Part shown: piece after piece, positions 1-12,599 of the stretch
Layout: each line of letters opens with the position of its first letter
Numbering within the stretch: position 1 is the stretch's first letter
DNA from: Betaproteobacteria bacterium
GTDB lineage: Bacteria; Pseudomonadota; Gammaproteobacteria; Burkholderiales; Thiobacillaceae
Direction of reading: 5' to 3'
Length of the DNA: 64,000 nucleotides
NCBI GenBank assembly: GCA_016234655.1
Contig: JACRAU010000023.1
Coordinates: 42,066-106,065, forward strand
The notes under the pieces: model-generated
What the model was told of the DNA's origin: nothing
Seen by the model: only the letters and a program-made list of their open reading frames with translations
Database searches by the model: none
Made by a program: the position numbers and the translations under genes

Positions 1-348
1 CAGGTGGAGGACTTGAAGAAGTCGATCGATACCAAATTCGCGGCGCAAATCGACAAACTCAACCGCGATTTGGCCAAGACGCGCGACGCGGCGGCACGCG
101 CGCCGATCGAGGCCAAGCTGGCTGGATTGACGGCCAAGCGCGACCAGGAGATGGATGCGGGTTTGGCCAAGCTAGGCATCGATTCCGCCGAGGCCAATCT
201 TAGGCCTCAAGCGCTCAATCTGAAGGCCGCGCAGTTGGCGCGCGGCGATCTGAGGAAAGAGCAGCAGTTGCGGCAGATCGAGGTGGACAATCTCATCAAG
301 CAGCAGCCGCCACGCCGGACCGTAACGGGGTCTTTCAGCGTGCATTGA
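1..348 (+). CDS. 3' part of a hypothetical coiled-coil protein (5' end outside window)
   Basis: Reading frame open to base 1; Ala/Lys/Gln/Leu-rich helical sequence; stop at 346-348 followed by a hairpin terminator; no family recognised. Confidence 0.5.
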   Translation, partial: QVEDLKKSIDTKFAAQIDKLNRDLAKTRDAAARAPIEAKLAGLTAKRDQEMDAGLAKLGIDSAEANLRPQALNLKAAQLARGDLRKEQQLRQIEVDNLIKQQPPRRTVTGSFSVH

Positions 349-361
349 TTTTGTGCCGGGC

Positions 362-391
362 AAAAAAGGCAGCCGCTCGGCTGCCTTTTTT
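362..391. terminator. Bidirectional rho-independent terminator
   Basis: aaaaaa-GGCAGCC-gctc-GGCTGCC-tttttt between two convergent genes. Confidence 0.7.
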
Positions 392-406
392 ATTTTCGAT
401 GGCCGA

Positions 407-1399
407 TCAGGCCGGCCACAGCGGCGGCTCGTCCATCGCCGCGACCTGCTCGCGCAGCTCCAGGATGTGGTCCTGCCAGTAGCGCTGACTGTTGAACCAG
501 GGGAAGGCAGCGGGGAAGGCCGGGTCGCTCCAGCGCCGGGCCAGCCAGGCGGCGTAGTGAATCAGGCGCAGGGTGCGCAGGGCCTCGATCAGGTGCAGCT
601 CGCGGGCATCGAATTCCATGAAATCTTCATAGCCGGCCAAGATGTCGGCCAACTGCCGGATGCGCTCCTCGCGCTCGCCCGATAGCAGCATCCACAGGTC
701 CTGCACCGCCGGGCCCATGCGGCTGTCGTCGAAGTCGACGAAATGCGGGCCGTCGTCGGTCCACAGCACATTGCCCATGTGGCAGTCGCCGTGCAGGCGC
801 AGCGATGCCACCTCGCCGGCGCGGCCGAAGGCGTGGCGCACCCCGGCCAGCGCCTGCTCGGACACGGAGCGATAGGCCTCGCTTAAATCCTCCGGCAACC
901 ACTCGCCCTGCAATAAAAAGGCGCGCGGTTCCTCGCCGAAGCTGGCGATATCCAATGTGGGCCGGTGCTCGAAGGCTTGCAAGGCGCCGACCGCATGGAT
1001 GCGGCCGATGAAGCGGCCCATCCATTCCAGGGTGTCGGGATCGGACAGTTCCGGCACCCGGCCGCCTTGGCGCGGGTAGACCGCGAAGCGGAAGTCGCCG
1101 TGGCGATGCAGGCTGGCGCCGCCGATCAGCAGGGGCGCGACCACGGGGATCTCGCGTTCGCTCAGTTCCAGCGTGAAGGCGTGTTCTTCCAGGATGGCGG
1201 CGTCGGACCAGCGCTCGGGCCGATAGAACTTGGCCACCACCGAGTCGCCGTCCTCCAGCCATATCTGGTAGACGCGGTTCTCGTAGCTGTTGAGCGCGAG
1301 TTGGCGGCCGTCGCCGCGCAGGCCGACGCCGTCGAGGGCGTCGAGCACGGTGTCCGGCGACAGGCCGGCGTAGGGGGCAAGGGGTTCCATGGCCGTCAT
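407..1399 (-). CDS. srkA: Stress-response Ser/Thr kinase SrkA (YihE/RdoA family)
   Basis: 330-aa ORF; LNSYENRVYQ near the N-terminus and the kinase core LHGDCHMGNVLW...FVDFDDSRMGPAVQDLWML typical of the YihE/RdoA family. Confidence 0.9.
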   Translation of the reverse strand: MTAMEPLAPYAGLSPDTVLDALDGVGLRGDGRQLALNSYENRVYQIWLEDGDSVVAKFYRPERWSDAAILEEHAFTLELSEREIPVVAPLLIGGASLHRHGDFRFAVYPRQGGRVPELSDPDTLEWMGRFIGRIHAVGALQAFEHRPTLDIASFGEEPRAFLLQGEWLPEDLSEAYRSVSEQALAGVRHAFGRAGEVASLRLHGDCHMGNVLWTDDGPHFVDFDDSRMGPAVQDLWMLLSGEREERIRQLADILAGYEDFMEFDARELHLIEALRTLRLIHYAAWLARRWSDPAFPAAFPWFNSQRYWQDHILELREQVAAMDEPPLWPA

Positions 1400-1562
1400 T
1401 GTAAGGGCCGTTTATCTATAAGCATGAAGGGCGATATGTGTTATTTTTAAACTGAGTAGCAGACTCTTGGTATGGAAGAGAGAAGCGCGGAATAAAGGGC
1501 GTGTGCAGATAGCGCAACACTGATTCCACAGAGGCGTTCAGGCCTTTGAGAAGCGAGTAAGC

Positions 1563-4500
1563 ATGAATATAAAGCGGCAATGGCAGGCAATCATAATGCT
1601 CTCGCTTGCGGTGGGTATGGCTGGGCCGCTAAGGGCAGAGACCGTGACCGCCAGCGTGACGGTAGGAACCAGCCCCATTGCGGTTGCCGTCAATCCGGCC
1701 AGCGGCTGGGTCTATGTCGCGAACAATGGCAGCGCCAACGTCAGCGCGATTAATGGTGCGACTCATGCCGCCAGTGCTATCGCGGCGGGCACCAGCCCAC
1801 GCGCCATCGCTGTCAATCCCGCGACCAACCGCATCTATGTCGCGAACAACGGCAGCGCCAACGTCACCGTGATCGACGGCAGCGACAATTCCGTGGTGAC
1901 CACTGTCGCCGTGGCAAGCACGCCGCGCGCCATCGCGGTCAATACGGCCACCAACAAGATATACGTGGCGAACGAGGGCGGCGATAGCGTGTCGGTGATC
2001 GACGGCGCGACCAATACCGTGGTGGCCACACCCGCGGTCGGCGATCAGCCGCGCGCCATCGCGATCAATCCGGTTACCAATAGGATTTATGTCGCGAATT
2101 TCAATGGCGATAGCGTGTCGGTGATCGACGGCGCGACCGATACCGTTTCCGCCACGATCACGGTGGGTGCCGACCCAGTGGACATTGCAGTGAATCCCGC
2201 CACCAATAAGATTTATGTCGCGAACAATACCGGTGACAGCGTTACGGTCATCGATGGTGCTACCAATTTCACAACCACCATCGCTACCGGTAATGATCCG
2301 GAGGCGCTGGTCGTCAATCCGGTCACCAATCGGATTTACGTGGCGAACGATACTGCCAATGGCGTGGCGGTAATCAATGGCGATACCAATAGCGTCATCA
2401 CCACGGTCGCAGTTGGCACTGCCCCTCGTGCGATCAGCCTCAATCCCGCGACCAACCGGATCTACACCGCGAACTTTACCGGGGACAACGTCACGGTGAT
2501 CGACGGCGCGAACAATAGCGTCGCCGCCACGCTCACTGCCACCAACGGCACCCAGGCCATTGCCGTCAACCCGGCGACCAACCAAGTCTATGCCGCCAAC
2601 AACTTGGCGGTCGGGGGCGTCTACAGCGTCACGGTGATCGACGGCGCCACCCATGCCATCGGCACCATCGCGGCAGGGACTCGGCCTACCGCCGTGTCGG
2701 CCAATCCGGCCAGCAACAAGATCTACGTCACCAACTACACGGCTGGCAGCGTCACCGCTATCGATGGCGCTACTGACGCCACCAGCACCATCAGCGTCGG
2801 TGCCAGTCCACGCGACATCGCCGTGAACGCGGCGACCAACCGAATCTATGTGGCCAATGAGGGCAGTGCCAATGTCACGGTGATCGACGGCGCTGCCGGT
2901 ACCGTCACGGCCAGCGTCGCCGTCGGCAGCGGTCCGCGTGCCCTTGCCGTCAACCCGGCCACCCACCGGGTCTACGTGGCGAACAACTTCGGCAATAGCG
3001 TGAGCGCGATCAACGGCACGACCAATGCGGTTGCCGCCACCATCGCCGTGGGCACCAACCCGCAGGCGATCGCCGTCAACCCGGCCAGCAACCGGATCTA
3101 CGTGGCGAACTGGGGTAGCGCCAATGTCACCGTGGTCGATGGCGCAAGCCATACCGTCGCCGCCACGGTCGCGGTTGGCACCAGCCCGCGCGCGATCGCG
3201 ATCAATGCCGCCACCAACCGGATCTACGTGGCGAACGAAGACAGCGACAACGTCACCGTGATCGACGGCAGCAACAATACCGTCGTCACTACGGTCTTGG
3301 TCGGGGATGCGCCCGGTGCTATCGTCGTCAATCCGGTCACGAACAAAATTTTCGTCGCGAATAACGGCAGCAACAATGTCACCGTGATCGACGGTGCGAC
3401 CAACGGCGTCGTTGCGACGCTCGCGGTCGGCACGGGGCCGAGTGCAGTGGCCGTGAATCCGGCCAGCAATAAGATTTACGTGGCCAACTATGGCAGCGCC
3501 AACGTCTCGGTGATCGGCGGCATCGGCACCAGCGTCATCGCCACCTTAAGCGCTGGCACCAACCCCAATGCGGCGGCGGTGAACCCGGCCGGCCACAAGG
3601 TCTATGTGGCGAATTGGGGCAGCAACAACGTCACCACCGTCACCGAAAAGGCGGACGAGGCGATTCCGCTCACGGTGACCGTAACGCCGCTATCCGGCAA
3701 CGTCACGACCAGTTCGACCCCGACCCTGACCCTGACCGCCACCAGCGCCTTCTCGCCGACGGCGCCGCCGGTGCGAGGGGTATATTTCCAGGTGGACAGC
3801 CTGCAAGGCACATGGAGCAAGGCCACGGCTGCGGGCGGGGCCAATTGGAGCGCGAGCACTGCCAGCCTGACCCCTGGCCGGCATCTGCTATACGCCTTTG
3901 CGGTCGATGGCCAGGATGCCAGTTCCATCAATCTCAGCGCTCCCGTGCTCGGCAGGGTGGCGGTCTACACCTTCTCCGTCGTGGCCGCCCCCACGGCGAC
4001 GCTTTCGCCTTCATCGCTGAGTTTTGCCGACCAGATATTGTCCACCGCCTCGACCGCGCAAACGGTGACTCTGAGCAACAACGGCGGCGGCACGCTCAAT
4101 ATCTCCGCCATCGAGTTGACCGGTGCAAACGCCGCCGACTTCGCCCGCACCACCGCTTGTGGCGCGACGTTGGCAGGTGGGGCAAGCTGCACGATCTCGG
4201 TCACCTTCACGCCCAGCGCGGCCGGTGCGCGCAGCGCCAGCCTGAGTGTCAGTTCGGATGCGAGCGGCAGCCCGCATTCCATCAGCCTAGGCGGCACCGG
4301 TATTCTGTCTCCGGCGGCGGTTGGGCTTTCCCCTGCCACGCTCGACTTCGGCAGCCAGACAACCTCGACCACCCCGGCGGCGAAGACAACCACGCTGAGC
4401 AACACGGGCGGCAGCACGCTTAATATTTCCGCCATTTCGATATCCGGCACCAATGCCGCCGACTTTGCCCGTACCACCGATTGCGGCGCGACCCTGGCCG

Positions 4501-6050
4501 GCGGTGCGAACTGCACGATTTCGGTCACCTTCACGCCCAGCGCGACCGGTAGCCGCAGTGCCAATCTGTCGGTGAGTTCGGATGCCACGGGCAGCCCGCA
4601 TGTCGTGGCACTCTCCGGCTCGGGGGTCTCTCCACCCCCGCCGCCGCTGCCGCCACCCCCGTCGCCCGTGCCGGTGCCGGGCGATGTGACCTATCAGCCT
4701 GTCGGTTCGGTTACGAGCGTGATACAAAACGCCGGCAGCAACGTCGAGTTGTCGGCAAATGGCGTGCTTGTCGTGAAACCCGGTATCCCCACAGCCTTGC
4801 TGCTCAACGAAAGCGCGCAGGCCAATGTGCTGATCTCGCTGCCCAGCCAGGAGACGGTCAGCTTCGTCATCGGTCGCTCGGTGCTCGATTTCAGGTCATC
4901 GAACGACACCTTGTTGCAGGTTGCCAAGGTCAACGGCGCCACGGCCTTGAGGGTGGTGCAAGGCGAGGCCAGGATAGCGGGGACGGTGTCCGGCCAGGCC
5001 ATGGTCGCGGTCGGCTTCCACACGGCCTTGCTCACCACCGAAGAAGTCAACACGGTCGTCCTGGTCAGCCGCGAAGGTGAAGGCTGGGTGGTGGAGGTCG
5101 ATCAGGGCAAGGTATCGGTCCAAAGCGAGGGACAAGGCGACACGACGGCGGTTTTCTCCGGCGAGTTGTTGAACTTCGGCAGCCGGGGCGAATTGAATGC
5201 CATACAGCTCGGTTCGAAAGCCGGTCGTCACAACCATGCCGGCGACCCGCTGGATGTGCTTGCGGTTGCCAGCGGCGGCCAGACCACATCGTTGACGATC
5301 CAGCCGATCATCCCCAACCTGAACGGCAGTCCGGCCCGTTTGGGCGGCCAGTCGCTAATCGATACCATCGGTGCCATCGTGAAAGGCAGCGGCATCCAAA
5401 CCTCGCTCGGCGTGCTGCGGCTGACCTTCCCCGGTGGCGTCGTCGCCAATGCCTTGCCATTGGGCAGCATACCCATCGACGTTAGCCGCAAGGACGGCAT
5501 GACCGTACTCGCCAACGGCAATGTCGAGGTGGTCAAGTCCGGCATCGTGGTCACTTTTACTCCGGCCGTGTCCGACCCCGGTGACTTTGCCCGGCGGGCG
5601 GCGGCCTTGAATACGCAAGGCAGCGCCTCCAGCACCCTCTTGTCGAATGGCGTGCTCCATACCACCATCGACGGTACGCTTTATATCCTGCGGCCGGAGT
5701 GGACTGTCACGCTCGGCGGCCAGGGGCAGGCTGGCTTCAGCATCGATGCCACGGGCCGCGTGGTCTATCGGAATGCGGCCGGTAATGTGCAGGTACTCAA
5801 TCCGGTGATCGCCGATTACGCACGCTTGGCCAGTATCGTCAAAAGCCTGGATCCCAATGCGACACTGAGCGACAACGGCAATGGCTCGGCGACTTTGCGC
5901 CTGCCGAATGCAACTTACAAGCTATTGGCGGACTATGTGCTGACCCAGCCGACCGCCGAACAGATGCGATGGGATTGGTGGTCGGACGGCAAAGGTCGTA
6001 TCTTCGTCAACAATAGTGACGGCAAGGCGCAGGGTTTCCTGGTGCACTGA
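1563..6050 (+). CDS. Giant secreted repeat protein: signal peptide, 16 YVTN beta-propeller repeats, two HYDIN/choice-of-anchor-D-like domains, poly-Pro linker, ~480-aa unknown C-terminal region
   Basis: 1495-aa ORF; N-terminal signal (MLSLAVGMAGPLRA/ET); 16 repeats of N(R/K)IYVAN-x-GS-x-NVTVIDGATN; duplicated LSN-GG-TLNISAI...CGATLAGGA-CTISVTFTP module; PPPPPLPPPPSPVPVP linker. Confidence 0.9.
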   Translation: MNIKRQWQAIIMLSLAVGMAGPLRAETVTASVTVGTSPIAVAVNPASGWVYVANNGSANVSAINGATHAASAIAAGTSPRAIAVNPATNRIYVANNGSANVTVIDGSDNSVVTTVAVASTPRAIAVNTATNKIYVANEGGDSVSVIDGATNTVVATPAVGDQPRAIAINPVTNRIYVANFNGDSVSVIDGATDTVSATITVGADPVDIAVNPATNKIYVANNTGDSVTVIDGATNFTTTIATGNDPEALVVNPVTNRIYVANDTANGVAVINGDTNSVITTVAVGTAPRAISLNPATNRIYTANFTGDNVTVIDGANNSVAATLTATNGTQAIAVNPATNQVYAANNLAVGGVYSVTVIDGATHAIGTIAAGTRPTAVSANPASNKIYVTNYTAGSVTAIDGATDATSTISVGASPRDIAVNAATNRIYVANEGSANVTVIDGAAGTVTASVAVGSGPRALAVNPATHRVYVANNFGNSVSAINGTTNAVAATIAVGTNPQAIAVNPASNRIYVANWGSANVTVVDGASHTVAATVAVGTSPRAIAINAATNRIYVANEDSDNVTVIDGSNNTVVTTVLVGDAPGAIVVNPVTNKIFVANNGSNNVTVIDGATNGVVATLAVGTGPSAVAVNPASNKIYVANYGSANVSVIGGIGTSVIATLSAGTNPNAAAVNPAGHKVYVANWGSNNVTTVTEKADEAIPLTVTVTPLSGNVTTSSTPTLTLTATSAFSPTAPPVRGVYFQVDSLQGTWSKATAAGGANWSASTASLTPGRHLLYAFAVDGQDASSINLSAPVLGRVAVYTFSVVAAPTATLSPSSLSFADQILSTASTAQTVTLSNNGGGTLNISAIELTGANAADFARTTACGATLAGGASCTISVTFTPSAAGARSASLSVSSDASGSPHSISLGGTGILSPAAVGLSPATLDFGSQTTSTTPAAKTTTLSNTGGSTLNISAISISGTNAADFARTTDCGATLAGGANCTISVTFTPSATGSRSANLSVSSDATGSPHVVALSGSGVSPPPPPLPPPPSPVPVPGDVTYQPVGSVTSVIQNAGSNVELSANGVLVVKPGIPTALLLNESAQANVLISLPSQETVSFVIGRSVLDFRSSNDTLLQVAKVNGATALRVVQGEARIAGTVSGQAMVAVGFHTALLTTEEVNTVVLVSREGEGWVVEVDQGKVSVQSEGQGDTTAVFSGELLNFGSRGELNAIQLGSKAGRHNHAGDPLDVLAVASGGQTTSLTIQPIIPNLNGSPARLGGQSLIDTIGAIVKGSGIQTSLGVLRLTFPGGVVANALPLGSIPIDVSRKDGMTVLANGNVEVVKSGIVVTFTPAVSDPGDFARRAAALNTQGSASSTLLSNGVLHTTIDGTLYILRPEWTVTLGGQGQAGFSIDATGRVVYRNAAGNVQVLNPVIADYARLASIVKSLDPNATLSDNGNGSATLRLPNATYKLLADYVLTQPTAEQMRWDWWSDGKGRIFVNNSDGKAQGFLVH
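1644..3645 (+). repeat. 16 tandem ~41-42-codon YVTN-type coding repeats
   Basis: Counted 16 (Y/F)(V/T/A)(A/T)N cores at regular spacing in the translated ORF; periodicity also visible at nucleotide level. Confidence 0.85.
3994..4626 (+). repeat. Tandem duplication of a ~100-codon Ig-like (HYDIN/choice-of-anchor-D-like) domain
   Basis: Two adjacent copies with near-identical blocks (NAADFARTT-CGATLAGGA-CTISVTFTPSA-G-RSA-LSVSSDA-GSPH). Confidence 0.8.
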
Positions 6051-6053
6051 CCC

Positions 6054-8534
<2,481 letters not shown>

Positions 8535-8638
8535 AGTGCTGCTCCTGTGCGGATAAGTTTAACCAGCATAGTCAGGGAATGTGGCGGCCACAATGTCTAT
8601 CCGCGCGCCGTGGCGGCAGGTTCCCGTAGAATCAGGCC

Positions 8639-9943
8639 ATGCTCAGCGCTATCGAATACCGCCGCTTCCAGCAGGTCCGCTGGACCGCCTATGCCCTGCT
8701 GGTGCTGTCCTACATGCTGGTCTACTTCCACCGCATGGCGCCCGGCGTGGTCGCGGCCGACCTGATGCGGGCCTTCCACACCAGCGGCGCCGAGCTAGGT
8801 TCCTTGGCCGCGATGTATTACTACGTCTACACCGCGATGCAGATTCCTTCCGGCATCCTGGCCGATACCCTCGGTCCGCGCATCAGCGTCACCGTCGGCG
8901 CCGTGGTCGCCGGCGTCGGCTCCATCCTGTTCGGCCTGGCGCCCGACCTCGCCGCCGCCTCGACCGGGCGCTTCCTGGTCGGCCTCGGCGTCTCGGTCGT
9001 CTTCGTCGGCCTCATGCGCTCCAACACCGTGTGGTTCAGCGAACGCCGCTACGGTCTGGTCAGCGGCCTGACCCTGCTGCTGGGCAACCTGGGCTCCATC
9101 CTGGCGGCCGGGCCGCTGGCCGCGCTGCTCCTGTGGTTCTCCTGGCGCAACGTCTTCGTCGCCGCCGGCCTGCTCTCTCTGCTGTTGGCCGTGCTCACCT
9201 ATGCCTTCGTGCGCAACCGGCCGGAGGACGCCGGCTTTCCCTCGGTCCGCGCCATGGCCGGCGAGGCCGAGCACGCGATGAGCGAGCGCCATTGGCGGCA
9301 CGAGCTCAAGGCCGTGCTCGGCGACCGCAAGGTCTGGCCCGGTTTCTGGGTCAACTTCGGCGTCACCGGCAGCCTGTTCGCCTTCGCCGGGCTATGGGGC
9401 GTGCCCTTGATGCGCGACCTGTTCGGCCTCACCCGCGGCGAGGCCTCGCTCTACACCACCGCCGCCCTGGCCGGCTTCGCCGTCGGCACCTTCTTCATGG
9501 GCTGGCTGTCCGACCGCCTGCACCGGCGCCGGCCGGTCATCCTCGGCGCCGGCCTGCTGTCCTGCGCCAGTTGGCTCGGCCTCATCCTGCTGCCCTGGGG
9601 GCCGGGCTGGTCGGGTTTGCTGCTCTATGCGGTGCTTGGCCTGTCGGCCGGCGGCATGGTGGTCACCTACGCCGCGGCCAAGGAATGGGCGCCCCCGGCC
9701 AACGCCGGCATGGCCATCGCCCTGGTCAACACCGGCCTCTTCCTCGGCGCCGCCATCATGCAGCCCCTGTTCGGCTGGGTGGCCGACCTGAGCTGGGACG
9801 GCACCCTGCTAGAAGGCGTGCGGGTCTACAACTGGGCGGGCTATCGCAACGGCCTGGCCGTCTCCGCCGGCTTCGCCTTCATCGCCGTGCTCGGCGGCTG
9901 GCGCTTGAATGAAACGCACTGCCGAAACCAGACCCTGAAATGA
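8639..9943 (+). CDS. MFS transporter
   Basis: 434-aa hydrophobic ORF with ~12 predicted TM segments; MFS loop motif GILADTLGPR. Confidence 0.85.
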   Translation: MLSAIEYRRFQQVRWTAYALLVLSYMLVYFHRMAPGVVAADLMRAFHTSGAELGSLAAMYYYVYTAMQIPSGILADTLGPRISVTVGAVVAGVGSILFGLAPDLAAASTGRFLVGLGVSVVFVGLMRSNTVWFSERRYGLVSGLTLLLGNLGSILAAGPLAALLLWFSWRNVFVAAGLLSLLLAVLTYAFVRNRPEDAGFPSVRAMAGEAEHAMSERHWRHELKAVLGDRKVWPGFWVNFGVTGSLFAFAGLWGVPLMRDLFGLTRGEASLYTTAALAGFAVGTFFMGWLSDRLHRRRPVILGAGLLSCASWLGLILLPWGPGWSGLLLYAVLGLSAGGMVVTYAAAKEWAPPANAGMAIALVNTGLFLGAAIMQPLFGWVADLSWDGTLLEGVRVYNWAGYRNGLAVSAGFAFIAVLGGWRLNETHCRNQTLK

Positions 9944-9953
9944 AAGACAACGC

Positions 9954-10043
9954 GTAGGGCGGCTTCGCGCAGCAAGCCGCCGAATGGAAGAATCCGACAC
10001 ATCTCATACGGCGCAGTGCTGCGCGACTGTGCCCTACAGCTCT
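9954..10043. repeat. REP doublet, left copy (two inverted ~29-nt GTAGGGCG...CGCCG units)
   Basis: gtagggcggcttcgcgcagcaagccgccg ... cggcgcagtgctgcgcgactgtgccctac; about 85-90% identical by eye to 17606-17697 in the same orientation. Confidence 0.75.
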
Positions 10044-10044
10044 G

Positions 10045-10323
10045 GTGTTGCTCTACTGGCAGATCGGGCGCGACATTCTGGCGCGGCAGGCCGAGCAAGG
10101 CTGGGGCGCGAAGGTGATCGAGCGGCTGGCGCAGGACCTGCGCACCGCTTTCCCGGACATGAAGGGGCTTTCACCGCGCAATCTCAAGTACATGCACGCC
10201 TTTGCCGAGGCGTGGCCGGATGAGGGATTTGTGCAAGAGGTGCTTGCACAATTGCCCTGGTACCACCAATTGGCGCTGCTGGACAAGCTGCATGGCCTGG
10301 CACAAAGCCACCACCCCAGCTAG
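10045..10323 (+). pseudogene. Remnant of a DUF1016 (YhcG-like, PDDEXK nuclease family) gene, truncated at both ends
   Basis: LLYWQIGRDILARQAEQGWGAKVIERLAQDL...GLSPRNLKYMHAFAEAWPD matches only the N-terminal DUF1016 region; family N-terminus absent; ORF ends after ~90 codons, no nuclease domain. Confidence 0.7.
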
Positions 10324-10446
10324 GGCCTTGAAATGGTAGGATTTGCGGCGGGAGACCACACCATTACATGACGCTCGAAGCCCTCGCTCGGGAAGGCATC
10401 GGCAAGTTACAAGCTATCCAAGCAGATAAGCAAGGATGAAAGACAG

Positions 10447-12564
10447 ATGACCAGCTCAACCAAGACATACCTCGAACAAGCTCTAGAAGATGGCCTTGCC
10501 AAGATTACAGGCGAAGGCAAAACCCAGCGAATTCACTACATCGCCGCCGATCATTCCGAGCGCTATTCCGACCCCGAGGAAAAGGTTCGCGCCGAGTTCT
10601 GGGCTGAGCTGATCTACAAATACGAATACAGGCCGGAGCGAATCGGGTTTGAGGTCAAGGTAGAGCGCCGCACCCCTGACGATAAGGCTGATTTGGTGAT
10701 CTACGCCGATGACGAAATGAAAGACCGCTATTTCGTCTTCGAATGTAAGCGTCCCGACATTAGTGATGCGGAATTCGCCCAGGCCATCGAACAAGCTTGC
10801 GGAAATAGGGCCAGCCTTGGAGCCAAATATGCAGGTGCCATCGCCGGCCTGACTCGCCGACTCCTCCGTTTTGATGATCCGAAAAAATTCCCTTCGGGTG
10901 AGCGTCAAAGAAACCGGATCGCGGATATACCGCTGCGCTATGGGAAACCGCCATCAAGCCGGTTTTTCAAAGGTGGGGTTCGCTATGAATTCGGGAAACT
11001 TGTCAAAGCCTCGGATTTGCCAGCCATTCCTCGGGAAGCGCTTCGATCCGCTATTCGCAAATGCCATCAAACATTATGGGAAGGTGGTCGCCGCAGTCCT
11101 ATTGCGGCCTTCGGCGAGTTTTGCAAGCTGGTCTTCGTGAAACACCGCGATGAAAAAGACCCGGACCGTCACGATGGCGTGCCCTACGAATTCCAAACTC
11201 GTGAAGATGAAACGCCTGAACAACTGGCCGCTCGTATCTACAGGCTGTATGACATTGAAAAGAGCGCCGACCCAACCGTATTCGAGGGGAAAATTAATGT
11301 CGATCCGCTCATTCTTGCGCAATGTGTGGAACACCTTGAAGCCATTTCCCTTGACCGAACTGAACTGGATACCAAGGGTGTGGCCTTCGAGGAGTTCATG
11401 GGGGGATTCTTCAAGGGCGACTTTGGCCAGTATTTCACGCCCCGCGAACTGATTGCTTTCGCGGTGGAAATATTGAACCCCGAGCGGAAAGACACGGTGC
11501 TCGACCCGGCTTGCGGTTCCGGGGGCTTTCTTCTCTATGCGCTTGACCATGTCCGTCGCGAAGCCGACCGCAAGAAAAAGCCCGGCACAATCGAACACTT
11601 TCAGTACTGGCACGACTTCGCCGAGAAGAACCTGTTTGGCATCGAGATCAACGAAGAACTGGCCCGTGTCGCCAAGATGAACATGATCATTCACGACGAC
11701 GGCCATACCAACATCGTCGGCCACGATGCGCTTGATCTATTCAAAGCGCCTCCGCCGAAGATGGATGCCGACGGGCGACTCATTGCGCCGCCGCCCAGAA
11801 CTTATCTCGGCGACCATAACGAAGGCATCAAGCCAGGTCGTTTTGACTTGATCCTGACCAACCCCCCCTTCGGTTCCGTCATCAAGCGCACAGAGAAGGC
11901 AGAAGGATACCTGGAGCAATTCGAGCTACGTAATTTCCTCTCGAAGAGCGCTACGGGTAGCGAGCCGGACGAATCGGAAAAAGGCGAGCAGGATGCCAAG
12001 CGCGGGGCCAAAGCCGTCAAGGACCGCGCCAGCATCAAGACCGAAATCCTGTTCCTGGAGCGGGTGCATTCTTTTCTCAAGCCAGGCACTGGGCGCGTTG
12101 CCATCGTCCTGCCCGACGGCATCCTCACCAACTCGTCGTTGCAAGGGGTGCGCGACTGGCTGCTGGATCATTTCCAACTGCTGGCCGTGGTGTCCCTGCC
12201 CCAGTTTGCCTTTGCCCACTACGACGCTGGCGTCAAAGCCAGCATCGTGTTCATGCGCCGATTGGCCGAGGATGAGGTGGTGTCCGACGACGCCCCCATC
12301 TTCATGGCTCTGGCCGAAAACATCGGCTACGACGCCACCGGGCGCAAGACCTTTGCCGTTACTCCGGTAAGCGAGACATCGGAAAAGGAAAAGGTCGAGA
12401 TTTTAAGTAGCGACCTATTCGATTACCGGGTGACCTACGAATGGAGCACCACCAACCCGAAGAAGCCGGATTGGAGCGAACGACATCGGGAGATCATTCC
12501 CGATACCGGGCTGGTTGCACAGTGGCGAGCATTTCAGAAGGACCCGACGTCTTTTTTCGTCTGA
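10447..12564 (+). CDS. N6-adenine DNA methyltransferase (HsdM-like, gamma class) fused to an N-terminal HsdR_N-type PD-(D/E)xK module
   Basis: 705-aa ORF; SAM motif VLDPACGSGGFLL, catalytic LTNPPFGS, FGQYFTPRELI; N-terminal ADLVIYADD...RYFVFECKRP resembles the D...E-x-K core of type I R-subunit N-terminal domains. Confidence 0.9.
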   Translation: MTSSTKTYLEQALEDGLAKITGEGKTQRIHYIAADHSERYSDPEEKVRAEFWAELIYKYEYRPERIGFEVKVERRTPDDKADLVIYADDEMKDRYFVFECKRPDISDAEFAQAIEQACGNRASLGAKYAGAIAGLTRRLLRFDDPKKFPSGERQRNRIADIPLRYGKPPSSRFFKGGVRYEFGKLVKASDLPAIPREALRSAIRKCHQTLWEGGRRSPIAAFGEFCKLVFVKHRDEKDPDRHDGVPYEFQTREDETPEQLAARIYRLYDIEKSADPTVFEGKINVDPLILAQCVEHLEAISLDRTELDTKGVAFEEFMGGFFKGDFGQYFTPRELIAFAVEILNPERKDTVLDPACGSGGFLLYALDHVRREADRKKKPGTIEHFQYWHDFAEKNLFGIEINEELARVAKMNMIIHDDGHTNIVGHDALDLFKAPPPKMDADGRLIAPPPRTYLGDHNEGIKPGRFDLILTNPPFGSVIKRTEKAEGYLEQFELRNFLSKSATGSEPDESEKGEQDAKRGAKAVKDRASIKTEILFLERVHSFLKPGTGRVAIVLPDGILTNSSLQGVRDWLLDHFQLLAVVSLPQFAFAHYDAGVKASIVFMRRLAEDEVVSDDAPIFMALAENIGYDATGRKTFAVTPVSETSEKEKVEILSSDLFDYRVTYEWSTTNPKKPDWSERHREIIPDTGLVAQWRAFQKDPTSFFV

Positions 12565-12599
12565 GCCCCGTCGTCGTAGGCGAAGCTCTATGCTTCGCG

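Noticed and set aside
1629-3152. 507-aa minus-strand ORF with its own internal periodicity
   Set aside because: It is antisense to the YVTN repeat gene. Its Arg/Gly/Asp/His-rich composition is typical of a high-GC antisense frame, and its periodicity simply mirrors the coding repeats on the plus strand.
1644-3645. Regularly spaced nucleotide repeats that could suggest a CRISPR-like or satellite array
   Set aside because: The period is ~123-126 nt with no invariant repeat/unique spacer structure. The repeats are in-frame coding units of a single long ORF with a signal peptide.
4630-4680. Poly-proline coding tract as a separate low-complexity or slippage element
   Set aside because: It is in frame within the 1495-aa ORF and behaves as an interdomain linker, and no frameshift or length ambiguity is visible in the sequence.
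8581-9912. 443-aa Arg/Pro-rich plus-strand ORF
   Set aside because: It is an alternative frame of the MFS transporter gene. Its extreme Arg/Pro/Gly content is incompatible with a real protein, whereas the MFS frame shows clear TM periodicity.
9984-10223. 79-aa ORF starting inside the left REP doublet
   Set aside because: It begins in repeat sequence and runs out of frame with the recognisable DUF1016 remnant, and it has no motifs.
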